64,000 nucleotides of DNA from positions 1,302,001-1,366,000 of the forward strand of contig OY986946.1 of NCBI GenBank assembly GCA_963920595.1, in the 5' to 3' direction. This stretch comes from Eimeria praecox. Its lineage: Eukaryota. The notes under the pieces were generated by a model that searched no databases, was not told the origin of the DNA, and saw only the letters and a list, made by a program, of their open reading frames with translations. A program made the translations under genes and the position numbers. Shown here piece by piece: positions 12,901 to 26,255 of this stretch; the stretch's first letter is position 1, and every line of letters starts with the position of its first letter.

Positions 12901-15900
12901 GAGGCTGTCGATGGCAGCGATGCTTCAGTTGTGTTCCGATGGACAAACCGTTTGGAACTTTCAGCAAGCCAAATGAAAAAAGGCCTCGAGCTTTGCTGGA
13001 AGGCAGTGGAAGATGCAGGGTCTTCTCTTGAATCCATCAGTGACTACTCGGCGAAGTTCGGGACTGTGTCGATTGCAGGTACGAACTTCCTCTACTTCCT
13101 TGGCCAAGGCCACCTTTTCCTTTCATGTTGGAAACGCTCCAGTTCTATGGCTGTCGGTAGCTGCTCAGAGATTGCGTAGCTCGTGTACACTTTGGTTCTC
13201 AGGCGTTTTACCCAACCAAGACGCATCTTGTTACGTTGGCCAGAGGTGCCGAGCGGAGGGTCTTAAGGCCCAGAACATTTCTGGTAGCACGCACATCGCA
13301 GTGCTTAAGGGCGGTTGCGGTCAAGATGGAACTGAGTGGGGCCCCGTTCCAAACGGAGGAATCATGGTCACAGACATTGTCAAACCGGAGAAAATATCAG
13401 TTTCCTTTCCAGGAAGGCTTCCAGGTTAGTTCTTTGCGTTGCCTTTCCAGACGGAGTCTGCTGAGTGCTCCTTTGCAGCGTCGCAGAGCAAACGCCTGCG
13501 TATGCTATCTCCTTAACTTATGAGAATAATTAGTGGTTTGAAATTGTTTGCGCTGCGCAGTAATGGATATCGACTCGCTAGTAATGTGCGGGTGTAGCGA
13601 GCGTGAGTGCACTACTTTGCAAGACTATGGATGGCGCATAGGGAATTTGTTGATTAAAGGGCCAGTTTCCCACGCACCCCACTTAGAAGTGTTTGCGACC
13701 TCGGATATTCGGCTGTCTTTAGTGGGAACGTTCGACGACGGGTTCTACTTGGTGTTAAAGGAAGGGGTCAGCTGTGAAAGTGCTAAAACAAACCCATCCT
13801 GGAACTTGCAAGGGTTTTCACCAATTACTAACGGCAACGCTGCGTGGGCGCCCTTCGACACGGGCAAAGGGCCCCTTTCTGTATGCATTTGTCACGATAA
13901 GGTGGCAGGTCTTTCCGATCCCTTTGGACACCCATCTGAGGTTCTAGCCCATTGCGAGAGAGCGTCGAACTACGCTGTCAAAGTTGGCCAAATATTCGTC
14001 AACGGGCCAATTAGGCAAGATGCTGAATTTACCTGCCGTTCAGGATCCATTTGCACCATAACGCTCCAATATATTGCAGTGGACTCAGAGGCAACCAGGG
14101 AGCAATGGGCGGCGAGTCAAGTTTACGCTCAGGAAGTAAGCTTTCTGAACCATGCGGGTGTCATAGAATGGCGGGATGTCCCAACGTACCGCAGCAGGCG
14201 TTTCAGATTACCATGAGTCATGTTGTAATGCTTTGCTGTTGCGAAACGAACCTAATGCAGGAAGACTGCAGTGTAGCTGGGACAGTGCTGCAATCTGGCG
14301 GGGCCTACATCAGCGACACCCGAGTTGGCGAGCAAACTACATTGACCGACCCGAATTACCCCATTGTCTACGAAACACGTGAATCTGCCTTTATGTTCCA
14401 CGACCTTGTGGAGCTGGGAGCGGGAGTATACAACCTGTGCTGGAAACAAGATGGTGCCACCACGGGTGTCAGTCTGGGGTCCTTCAACATTCATGGTAGG
14501 CTTCCTTTCTGCACGTCCAGATGTAGTATCGGCCCTCTCCCCAACTGCATAGTTCTTATTGCGGCCCACGTCCGCATTGAAGTTGAGTGCAGGCATCCTG
14601 TAACAAATATATGCGGGTTCGTTTGTGCTGTCCCTCATGTCTCATCGAATTGCAGGCCCTCTCACAGCTCAAACAGTTTTACCGGTTGTGATTGGCCAGA
14701 AGTTTTCGGTTGAAATCCCTATGAACAGCATTATCGTTGGCGATGAGGCAGACAACTATCGCATTCGAGCCTACGCTTACAAAGGCAGCGACATATTCAA
14801 TAACTTTTCCTGCAAGCAGCAAACGGATGACTATTCTTCCCCCGCGGCATTCGGTTGCGCACCAGCCACTGGACCTCCTACAGCTGTGAAGGACGGCGAA
14901 CTCGGCAGCATCCTCATATGGGAAGACGTGTGCGTCATTGTCGATGAATTGTACACAGCAGCGTTGGCAGGTGACAAGTATGCAGTTTGCTTTTGCGATG
15001 GAAATCTGCTGGGTTGCGAAACTGCAGATCGATTTCAGCTCCTCGTGCAAGCCTGGGAATTGTCCGGTAAGATGCCAGGAAAGCTGCTTATAGGAGACAT
15101 GCACGCAGCCATGGGGTTGGCGTTTGCTGCCACCGCAAATAGCCTTAGAAATTGTGAATGAGCAGACCATTTTTGTTGTGAAGCGTTTTGATTGGCACAG
15201 GACCAAAGCCGCTGCAGCAGGATGTTCTCCCCCGCTACCGCGCCGGCGTTCGATTTTCTCTGAATATCGAAGGGGTTAATTTGATCGACAAGCCAGTTAT
15301 TATGCTTTCGCCAGCTCTGGATCCGCTCAGTAATAACCGGTTTACTTGCCAGAGCGATGGGAAGCCGCAGATGCGCAGCTTCGTTGGCACCGTTTCTGCT
15401 GACCGGGCTCTTGCTACGTTCGCCGACATCTATGTCCCCTTCACGATATCTCAAGGACTATTTTGCTGGTGCCCTGGCGGCGACTGCTTAACTGCGAATG
15501 ACTTCACTGTACAGCTCGGCCGCTTTGGCGTGACAGGTACATTTCATTAGCAGTTGAACAGCCGCCGCCAGTGCACCAGCAAAATAGTCCTTGAGATATC
15601 GTGAAGGCGACATAGATATCGGCGGACGGGCCTATATAGGCTTGCACACATTATCATTCAGATAAATGTATAGACCCATCCTCGCCTGATTGTATTTTTT
15701 TGATTTTGAAGTCCGTTGCCTCTATCGAGGCAAGGACATTCGCATTCAAGTCCATCTGCCGCTTATGTAGTTCCACAACGTTTTGTTAAGCTTGATTGCT
15801 TACTGCTTCAGGTCCCACATTCATTGCACCACGCGTGGTGGTGGGCAGCTACTTCAGCGTCCAGCTGATAGGCCAGAGTCTCAGCACAGACGATGCCATC

Positions 15901-18900
15901 AGTATCCGGGGTCCAACTGACATTTGCGGGGACCCTGGAACGGAAGATATGGATCCTGATCTTGTAATGGAGGAGGAGAACCGCACGCTGAACAGTTTGG
16001 GGACAGTTGAATCATTTTCCGTTTCAGAGAATAGCGTTTCAGGTGATACGGAAATGATTTGGACTTCATGGGGAATACGCATCAAGACAACAGTCCAAGG
16101 ATACATGAAAATATGCTACTGCCCGTCAACAGAGCAGGAATGCGATGCTTCTGGAAGCAAATTAGTGCTTGCCGGGGAGTTAGAGACACGTGGGCCTTCC
16201 AAAGGAGGTATCGAGCTTATTGGTAAGGCATTGGAACCGAACATATTCGGTTTTGTGGGAACAGTCTCAGTAGCTGCAGTTTATACTGTGCTGGCCTTGT
16301 TATTCGCCTTTAGTGAAGGTCTCGCAATCCACAACATCTTTGTATTTTTGCTGCTGTTGTTACTACCCACTCAGCTTCTGAAGAATACGGAGAATACCTT
16401 GTTGTCCGCGGTACTAACTTGTCAAATCGGAACCTTTTAAGGTACTTCCAATATACACCCCTTGAAGGCACGGCGGCGGCTGAACAGGAGGCTGACATCT
16501 GCTCAAATTGTGAGTATTTTGTTAGGATTCCTCAGCGCAGACTACCATATGCTGGATAGCTCGGTTGCTGTTAGTCTTTAGACAATGAACTGCCTCGATG
16601 CTTTGGGGATGAAGCGTGTGCTTCTTCTTGTTTGTGTTTGCAGCCCATAACTTGAGCGGAGGAGTAACCACATTTCCTGATGCTGTAAATGCAGCCGGCA
16701 CGGAGCAGTACTTCTCAGTGACGGTTTCTGTGGGTAAGCAGTATGCAGCGTGCTGGTCTTTTGGGGATGCGGCCGCATCGAGAGCGACATCCATGTCACG
16801 GTCCAGAGCTGCTCCCAGCTTCATATCGGCTGATGACCTGATCAGCGTTAGAAGAAGCCTGATAGAAAAAGATAGTTCAGGACCGTCTGAGGACCCTGCT
16901 TCGGATCAGTATGTAGTTACGTCATCAGATGACCGATCATCCCTAGATCTGGAGTCCAGGAAGTGGTTTTTTGTATCGCTTTTCTCCCAAACAGGTCAGT
17001 TCTCCTAACTGATGCCACAGTCCACGCTGGGGGGGCGGGGGGGGGGGGGGGGGGGAGTGCTTAGTTTACTCAGCCTCTTCATTGGGGAGTGTATTTTCTT
17101 TTCGTGAATTGAGTAAGAATATTATTGATATGTTGTTCTCCATTGACTTAGGATTCCAGCAAGGTGTCCATAACGTAGTTATAGGGCACGAAGACAACGT
17201 GGTCATTGGTGGAGTTATTAACGCAACTGATACTTACGAGGTGGCGCTTGGACTTAATCGGGATATGAGCGAATGCTCGGAAATATTCGAGCTAAAGGAG
17301 CTCCAAAGTGACATAGGCATCACCACAGTTTCTGTTTCCGAAAGCCGAATGGTTCTTCAGTAAGTCCAAGCTTGCACCATGCCTCTGAATGAATAGGCGC
17401 AGACCTTTGCGCAAATTCAATTATCTTTTCAGCTTACCAATACGTGGCTGCATAGGGGGTTCTCCATTTTAGCGCATTAATCTGCTCTAGGAAAAAGCTG
17501 TGCGCTTTTTGTCTCAACCATTAAATTCTTTCATTACTTTGTTTCTGTAGTGCTTTCTGTGTCAGAACTTAATTAAATTTGTCATTGATATTTCCGATCG
17601 ACAGGAGCAGATGCCAGCAGTGGTTGTGCATCTTCGTGTTTACCCATGGTCCTGCAATTGGATTGCTTGTGCAGGATACAGGCCGCACAGGAACAGGGCT
17701 GGCACAAAATTTGCATTAAGAATAAAACTGCTTCTTTGATCTTTGATGCGGGGACGGTGGAGGTGACCTCCCACTTCCAGAAATCAGGGATGGACATGTA
17801 TGATACTCAGAGGACATTCGTATTGCCCTGTCTGACAGGCACTAAAAATTCACTAAAGCAGCAAGTGCGGGAATTTCCTCAAGTTTGGTTGCCAGATGGT
17901 ACAGGGTTGTGGACAGCTAAGGTAGTCGTTGGAGTGCCGCGAACTACGAAGGAGTATTCAACACTTCAAGTTAAATCATCACCCAAGGAGAACTTCGTAG
18001 AGTTTCCGGTAGGAACAGAAGCACTTTTGCTGCCAATATTTACAATATGTGGTGCTGGATCAACTCTACCCGGAGGCTATGTGGACAATTTGGTGTACTT
18101 TTGAGGCTTTAAGCCCGAGGCTTCTGCCATTGTGTGCTTCTGGTTTGGTGATTCAGCAACTGCGGAACGTGCTGGCATGCGACACGACGAAGGATCAGGT
18201 GGTCCTTGTTTTAGGAGCTACTCGAATGCTGCTTCTGTACCCGGACAGTGCTCGCGGTCCTACCTTGATTAACCACGGCGTGCCGTATCCGGCTGATTTG
18301 ACTCATGCTGGTGACCAAGTCTTCATAACCAGTTTTGATAGTCACTTGATCACCTCATTTAGCTTGGCGAATCCGTCCAAAATCATCTTCTACGAACCGA
18401 CGAATCCGACGCTGCTCTCTGCGGGGGGTATTCAGGTGGGGACTATCTTCACAGTTGTCAGACTCCCTGAGCATAAATATCGGTCTTTTCCTCCGAAGGT
18501 AACCTCTTACGTCCATGCCGGTGCAGTGGCATTTACCTGTGGCACGCATTTTCCTTTTTTCCTTTTCAGGCAATCACCAACATCGACGGCAACGAAACTT
18601 CTATTTTCGTTGCGGATACCGTAGGAGGCATCATTGGCCGGCTAAAAATTTTGCCCGATGACTTGGACAAAACAGCTCATGGTGGAAAGGTTATTCGGGA
18701 ATGGACTGCAGTTTTCGGCAAGCAGAAGTCAGATTTCCGCAATACAGAGGGTGTGAATCGCCCATTTTGCGTCGCTGAGTTTGTAACCCCGTACTCGACG
18801 CAAGAGAACATGAATTCATTGCTCGTTGTCGGAGAGGTGAGCTAGCGAAGGCAGCATACCTTGGACGGCCCGTCGCAAGTAACCGAAAGAAGAACGGCAG

Positions 18901-21900
18901 TGCGAGTTCGGCGGTGTCGTTTGTTGTTTGCTCAGCTGATATCTGATCGCATCACGTTTCTGAGCATAGACAACAAGGGCATTTCTTTTTATAGACAGAT
19001 AACTTTGGGAGTGACGAAATTTATAACCGGTCTTCGCATCATTGATGAAGTCCTGCTTCTGACGTCCAAACAGTGGTCTGTCGAACAAGAACTTGGCCGG
19101 GCTGAAGTTGCATATATCACGCTGAGCCAGCTAATAGACAACGTGTACTTTACGTACCCCGACTTCAGCAAGAAGCTTCAGGCTGGTCTTCGATATCGTT
19201 TCTTGCCTTTAGTAACAGGTGCGCCCTTGTTGTTTCTGTGGTGTATCACGGATAATGCACAAATGTACTGAGAAGAAACGGATGACAAGCGATACAAAAT
19301 ATGTGATATCAGTGAAGCATTGCCGGCCCAACATGTTTCTGTATCCTTGACTTCAGGCCAGGAGATACAATTTTTCAAAGAGGACGCAGAAGCTGGGGAC
19401 CCTCTGCAATCCATTGGGTTTACTCTTGACTCGAAAACCGGCGAAATCCAGGGAACGCTTACGGCAACAGTTACATCGAGGGTGGTGATTGTAGGTGGTG
19501 ACTTGCTAGGATCTTACACGTGGTCATTTGAATTCGAGGCAGGGTGCCAGTCGGGAGAGTATTTCAATGAGACTTCCAACAAGTGCGAACCGTGCCCTTT
19601 AGGGACGTTCCGTGACGAAGAAACTGAACTTCAGCGGTGTCAGGACCACAAGGCCTACAGCACGACTCTGCAGACTGGATCAACTAATCTGTCGCAGTGC
19701 ACCTGCATTGAAGGATACGAAATTGGACTTCTAGGATATTGCCAGCCTTGTCCGGCAGGTGAGCTATAATAACGCTTCTGTGCCATGGCGGTTCGTAAGT
19801 ACTAGCTGATATAAAAATATTCATTATCCTTTCAGCTTCGTAGGAGGCATGGCGTGCTCTTTTGCTCCTGTGTAGGAACGTACAAAGCGATAGCAGCAGA
19901 TGCAAAATGCACAGGGCGATGCCCTCAACATATGTATAGTGGGAAGACGGGTGCGGCAAGTTTGGAAGACCTTAACTGCCAGTGGTGAGGAGACTCTTTC
20001 TTCGCGTTGCACCGTCAAGGGGGGGAAGCTATATCTGCCATATGGTTTTATGCATCGTGATGTGTCTGTTTTGCAGCGAGCCTGGATTTTACCTGACAGA
20101 AAATGGATGCGAAAGCTGTCAGGTCGGCACTTACTGTGAAGGGGATTTGTCTCCACCTGTCCAGTGTCCAGCCTTTCAAACTACACCTTCTTCCGCGAGC
20201 TCCAAGTTTAGCGACTGCGTTTGCATAGCTGGGTACTACCGAGACGGGGATGAGTGCGTTCCTTGTGACGTGCTGACGTATAAACCGCTCATTGGAGACC
20301 AAGGCTGCACCCAGTGCCCACAGCCGGCTCTTAGTGTTGTGGCCAGCAGCGAGCTCCTTGCAACTTCTGCTCCAGGCACATCAATGTTTTCAAGCAGGCG
20401 AGGTTCCACTCAACAGTCAGAATGCGAAGTTTGCGCCAGCGGTTATTATTTTGACGCGGTGTCTATGGGTGGCTGCGTACCGTGCAAGGAGGACTTCTAC
20501 TGTCCAGGATTTCAGCTGGGCATGATTGCTTGCAAGGATCTTTCTATAACGGCGGGGATCGGAGCCGAGAGTGTATTCCAGTGCAAGTGTGTCGAAAGCA
20601 TTAACACTCCAGGGCGATGGCATCTGCTTGTATGATAGTGTAGAAAGGGGTTGATTAGGTGGGGTTGGCTAGGCGGCCTACGCTTCTTCCCTGTGCCAGA
20701 GCCTTGAGTGTCAAACTGAGTTTTAATTGCCTGGATGCTGTGCCCACAGGTGTCCCAAGGGATATGGTAAAGTTGCCAGCAGGAATCCTCTGGACCTTAG
20801 TCTAGCGTGCATGCCATGTCCGGTCAACTACTTCCAGCACATAGATGGCTCAGAGACCGAGTGCATGCCTTGTCCTTCGAATTCCATGACGAAATCTACT
20901 AAGTCGTCCAGCATAACAAACTGCGTTGCTTTGCCGGGTTACGGTGCTTTAGAGAACCTGCAAGCGCTATCCAACCGTGCGGAGGGAAGCGACACGGATG
21001 ACTCTACGACGAATACGTTTTTGGAGGCTATTGAGCTTGCGAAGGACGTTGAAAAAGCTTATGAATCTCTCTACGCAGAAGACTTGCTTGCTATTAACGT
21101 GTTCTGCAAGGAGGATATCAGCTCAATTCAAGAGTACGATATGGCGGAATTCGTTACCATGCAGTATGCGTTGTCTTTTGCAGAGTGTCAAGCGGCGTGC
21201 TTAAAGAACGTCTACTGTACCAGTTTTTCATTTTCTAAGGAAGATAGATTCCCAACGCACACCAACAGCGTCATGAACTACACAGGCATTTACTTCTACT
21301 CTTTCTGGCCTTGCCATCTCTACATGTTCGGATCAGCTGCAGCAGCAGACGTCGAGAATTGGGCAGACACATGGGAGGGCACTGATGTCAGTCAAAGCTT
21401 GACCAACTGGTGGAACAGCTGCATTGTATCAATACCACTAAAGCGCATACCATTGATAGGCATACAGCAAATCCCTCTGCATCCTTTCGTGTAGCTACCA
21501 TAGCCTTAGGGACCCTCTGGCCCTCGTCAAAGGAAAATTTCCCTTTGAGATTGTCTGCCTCGTCTTTGTATGCTTGCGCGCATTTAGGTGGAGCCAGGCA
21601 AGGGAGTTGGTTGCGTTGTAGGCCGGGTCAAAGACGAGCTTACATGGCAAAGGTTCCGTTACGTGGAATGCCCGCAGAATGCATATTGCCCAGGAGACAA
21701 GGATGCCAGCATTTTTGAATGCCAGGATTACGCTGTGACACTCAGCACGGGGGCATACTCTCGGGAGCACTGTCTGTGTGTCCCCGGCCGGGAGCCCGTG
21801 GGGCACATGTGCGAACAGTGCAAGCTGGGTTTCTACAAGAATGCCACGGAAAATATTGCCTGCACGGAGTGCCCACAGTTTTTCACCACCAGCATTACAG

Positions 21901-24900
21901 CGAGTACAAGTGCGTATGAATGCACCTGCCAAGCTGGCATGTACATGGCGCTTCCTGGCAGTACGGAGGACGCAGAACAGACGGAACAGACGAAGCAGAT
22001 TGAACAGACGGGACAGGCTGGAAATACAGAACAGACTGGCGAAGGTTTAGAGCCTCCATCGCCAGCCTCATTAGAACCTGCAGCTCTTGAGACGGTAGTC
22101 CACGCTAGGTCGATTCGGGAACTAGGCAGGCACGCCGAAATGGAGGCAATATCACCCGGGGGTGTATCCATGCTGCAATTAAGGCAGCTGCCATGGCTGG
22201 AAGAAGAAACTCGAGAACAGCTGGAAAAAGTAGTAGAACTGGGTGTTTGTGTCCCTTGCCACACGGGTATGTTTTGCCCGGGCCACTGGAAAGATCCGCC
22301 GACAAATTCAACTCATATGCCTCCACAGCAGTGTATTGAGGGATCAAGCGTTCCACAATCTACCGTCAACGCAGATTCTGTCGAGAAGTGTCTTTGCCTT
22401 GCGGGGTATGCCTATGGGCGTTCGTCAGACGCCGCTGTAACCTCAGATTCATATTTTACATGTAGCAAGTGTCCTCCTGGCACTTACAAGGAACTGCAAG
22501 AAAACTCGCCATGCTCCGGCCGTTGCATGAAGGATGCCGAGACGTATCCTGGAGCAGTGAGCAAGAGCCAGTGTTTTTGTCAGGTGGGGCGCTACGCAGT
22601 GGAGACGGATGACTCTGAAGGCATGTTCAGTTGCGTGGAATGTATTACCGGAGGCGTTTGTGTCGGCGGCTTCAAGCAAAGCGTTATCAAGGCGATTGAA
22701 GAAAACCCCAGCTATACAAATATCACAATCGCGGACCACACCACTCCTTACCCACAGAAGGGATGGTTTGCTACTTTCAAGACCAACGCTGATAAACCTT
22801 GGAGGCCTAACTGGCTTCCATTCACGGCAGATTTTTCGGATGAAACTTCTGGTGTATTCGACTTGGCCGCTGGTGCTGATGAGAACGGTGGCGCTGCCTT
22901 TGTCCAAAACACACAGTACGATCGGGTTCCCGATATTCACCCCTGTCCTGTAGACTACAGATGCCATGGCGGTCCGTCAAATGCTTGTGCTGAAGGAGGG
23001 TCTGGATACCTCTGTAGCACATGTGAGAAGGGCTATGACATCTCTAGCCACGGAGGGGTATGCACTAAGTGCCAGCCAATTTGGTTTGAAGTCGTCTACC
23101 TCATTACATCGAGGCTTGTTCTCTGCGTTATCGCATGGCTCATAGCTGCAGTTAGCTGCCTTGCCGTACGAAATCCTGCTTGCATCCATCCCATTTTAAT
23201 CCGGATCTGGTTGTCTAACTTGTTCGTGTTCTTTCTTTTCGGCTTCTTCCCGGAAAATAGTGTGTCTGCGCTGGTGGATTGGGCCCCGATGTACAGGGCC
23301 GTGTTTACATATCCAATCTTCATATTCACCAAATACCCGAAGGTATTCTGCATTCTCGACGAGTTGGGCTTCCCGCTGGATTTCAAAAAGTGTTGGTATC
23401 TTCAGAGGTTTGCTCAAATGCTTGTGCCGGTTCTGGATGTGTGCATTACCACGGTGATATGCGGAATTGCACTAATTCTCTACAAATTGTACAGGCGATC
23501 CAAGATCCAGAGAGTTGCGCTAGTTTTGAGACATGCTCAAGAAGTCCATGCAGGCGACATTTGGGCAATGCGTACTGTGGAGAAGATTCAAGATATGCGT
23601 TGCCTTGGGTTATTTCATTACATCTCTCCTGCGGGGGCGACGCGTTCTCAGAAGATTCTCCGTTTCTTTGGTGACCTAGTTCCAGCTTTCATGGTTATCT
23701 GGTTTTGGAACTTGCCGTTCCTTGTTATTGAGTGCACTCAGCTGCTGGGGTGCGTCTCCATATCGTACAAAGATGAACCGGCCATGTACTTCTTGACAGC
23801 CCTTCCCGAACAAGAATGTTCTCTCAGCGAACCGTGGTTCGTGGGTGGTGCCATCCTTGGAAGTAGCGGCATTTTGGTGTGGGGCATTGGCAGCGTCATC
23901 GTGTTTTGTGTATGGATGCTTTATACCGACAACGCTGATAAGTTGGAGGCAAGGTTCCGTTACGGCTTTCTTTCCAATGGCTATGAATTTCAATATCGAG
24001 CATGGGAAATGTTCCTAATGGCGCGAAAGCTGGCATGCGCATGCCTCTTGACACTACAACTCCACATGAGTGCATCGGGGACCCAGGAGGTTTTCCGGAA
24101 CTCTGTCAACCTCCTGATTGTCACCATGTGCTTAATTATCCAGCTGCTGATTGAGCCGTACGACCGACGGAGCCACAACCTGACAAATCGGGTGGAGTTT
24201 ATGGGCCTGCTAACCAATGTTATTAACTGTATCATTATTCAGGGAAGTTTCTCCTTTCCGATTTTCAAATGGTTAGGGCCGCTTCCGATTGTCCTGTGTG
24301 GGTTGTTTCATTTGTACGTCTTCTGGAATCTATTCGTAGAGGCTGGGAGAATGGTTCTCATGCGCCCACATCTTGCTAGGTTGCCTTCACCTTGGAGGTA
24401 CTTCAACCTGGTGACTCGCTCGCTCGCTAGATTATACACACGAGGGCATGCCAAGGTCTACTACAATTATATGACCAACGAGATGGTGCTTGAGGCGGCA
24501 GCAAAGTCGCGGGTATTCCACATTCGCAGGATGATTCAAAGGAAGAAAAAGCTTACGGACTATAGAAAAATAAATTACGAAAACAGAACATATTTTGTCT
24601 CTGCTCTCACCGACTCTCTTTCTAGACTGGTGATTTCTTGGTGCCAGTTTACTATTCCTGGTGATTGGCTGGATTTTACCATTCGCTATGCGTTCTGCTA
24701 CTGCTTCTGGATGAGGCATCGGGCCGCCAGCAATCGAGAGCCTCTCGACTTGGAGGAATTCGATGCAATGAGGCCTTCACTCTTCAACGAGTGCTACGTT
24801 GAGGGAGAGGATGGAGATGATGATGGTGCCCTAGAGCAGGACACTCAATGCAACGAGGTCGAAGAGGAATTTCTAGACATGCTTGTTGACGACGACGTGT

Positions 24901-26255
24901 ACGATGATAGTCCAATCACCCTCATGGAGCTGTACGTAGCAGTGCAATCTATGCGTTACATTCCTAAGGGGCAGCTTCGCCGGCTTCACATGCGGTACCG
25001 CGAGAGGATGGCTGCGGCCAGCAGCTCGGACATGCCCGCATTGCGCAAAGAGAACGAAGAGCTTGAGGCAGAGCTCCAGCAGTTGAGTGAGGTGCTGCGC
25101 AACCGTTTTGGCTCGCCAGGAGGAGGCGATGTGTCCTTTAACATCCTGGATTTCTTCTTTGCCGTCGAAATCCTGCACGAGGCGGAAGCAGAGAACGCCC
25201 GTATCAGGAAGGATATCGACAAGGAAATCACGAGCATCCTGAATGCTCGTGCAGCCCGTTCGATGGCGGAACGGGTTCAGATGGAACTAGAGAAGACAGA
25301 TGGAGAGGAGCTAGAGGATATCCTCAGGACATTCGACGAGGCCGCGGAGAGGCAAACAGAGGCAAAGGCGCGTTTAGAATACCTGGAGGCGGCCGTCGAG
25401 GACAGCAAGCGTAAAGTGAAATCGCGCAGGAAGCCGTCTAAGGACCTTGCGCAGAAGCGTGTTGTTGTGGGCTCCAGGCGCATCAGTTTAGCGGAAGAGC
25501 GGAAACGCATCCTTCGCCCAAGCTTCTCGAAAGTTGATGCAGCTGGGGGCAAACCTAGCCGCAAGTCGTTATCTCCACTTCAGTTGCAGGAATCTACTGC
25601 TGCTTACGGTCGTACCATTTCGCCTGTTGGTTTTGATACCGACAGAGGATCGGGTGATGGCTCAGGCCGTCGGCGCATTAGTGTAGGAATGGGAGTTATG
25701 GGCAGTGAAGCAACCGAAAATGGCGTTCAAGGGAAATCAAGACGCATCTCGCTCTCTCCCACACCCAGCGATGCACCGGAAGACGGGAGGAGGCTAGGGG
25801 TGCGCACATTACAATCGCACAGCAGTTTAAGTTCAGATAGCGTTGGCAGCCCAACAAGCAGCCGGAGGACCGTTAGAAGCGCTTCTCGTTTGGGGTCGTC
25901 TGGCCACCTCTCTTCGGGTGACGATGAGGACAGAGCACCTAAGAGGACTGCCAGAATCGCTTCTCCTCGCGCACCCTTTGAACCGGCCGAAGGCCAGGCA
26001 AGTTTGGAACAGCAAGGGTCGAGGCGCAGAGTAATGCGTGTTGGGAGTGCTGCTTCGTCGGAATCAACTCAAACAGGGACAAATACTGGGGTAACCCAGG
26101 CCGTCCCAAAGGCAGGCATCGGAGAAGCACGCTCAGCAAATGCTGAGCCGCCGGAAGGCGCGCAGCCCCCAGCATCCAACGACCCTGCGCCAGCTGCAAA
26201 GAGATCTATTGGGCTGTTTAAACGGCCCCCTGGACCTAAAGAAGGCAAAAAGTGA
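912..26255 (+). CDS. Giant multi-exon cysteine-repeat modular protein (CRMP / GCC2-GCC3 domain family): repeated Cys-containing ectodomain modules, putative beta-propeller and cadherin/He_PIG-like segment, ephrin-receptor-like CxxCxxG repeats, PAN/apple-like domain, about 9 TM helices, coiled-coil and Ser/Arg-rich tail. The 5' end probably lies upstream.
   Basis: About 40 plus-strand ORF pieces are bounded by GT-AG sites, and the junctions checked join in phase (e.g. 19876-19985, 20076-20587, 20750-21385, terminal exon ~21588-26255). CEPCPLGTF, CQPCPAG, CESCQVGTY, CVPCDVLTY and CEQCKLGFY repeats lie at 19.5-22.7 kb. Hydrophobic helices span 23085-24345 with a YGFLSNGY..WEMFLMARK..PY motif. 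No start codon or signal peptide was found; small candidate exons lie at ~140-172 and 357-380. Confidence 0.85.
1498..1520. repeat. Tandem (ATGC)n / TGCATGCA palindromic octamer cluster in an intron
   Basis: ATGCATGCATGCATGCACATGCA is seen directly. TGCATGCA is a known over-represented non-coding motif in coccidia. Confidence 0.7.
7506..7616 (+). repeat. Coding minisatellite, five degenerate 21-bp units (7 aa)
   Basis: Encodes NSVAGAI SSVPEET DSVSDES TSISGES DPVSDES; units start at 7506, 7527, 7548, 7569 and 7590. Confidence 0.85.
17029..17055 (+). repeat. Intronic poly-G tract (G7-C-G19)
   Basis: Seen directly. Similar runs occur at 7866-7883 (G) and 28159-28178 (C20). Confidence 0.9.
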
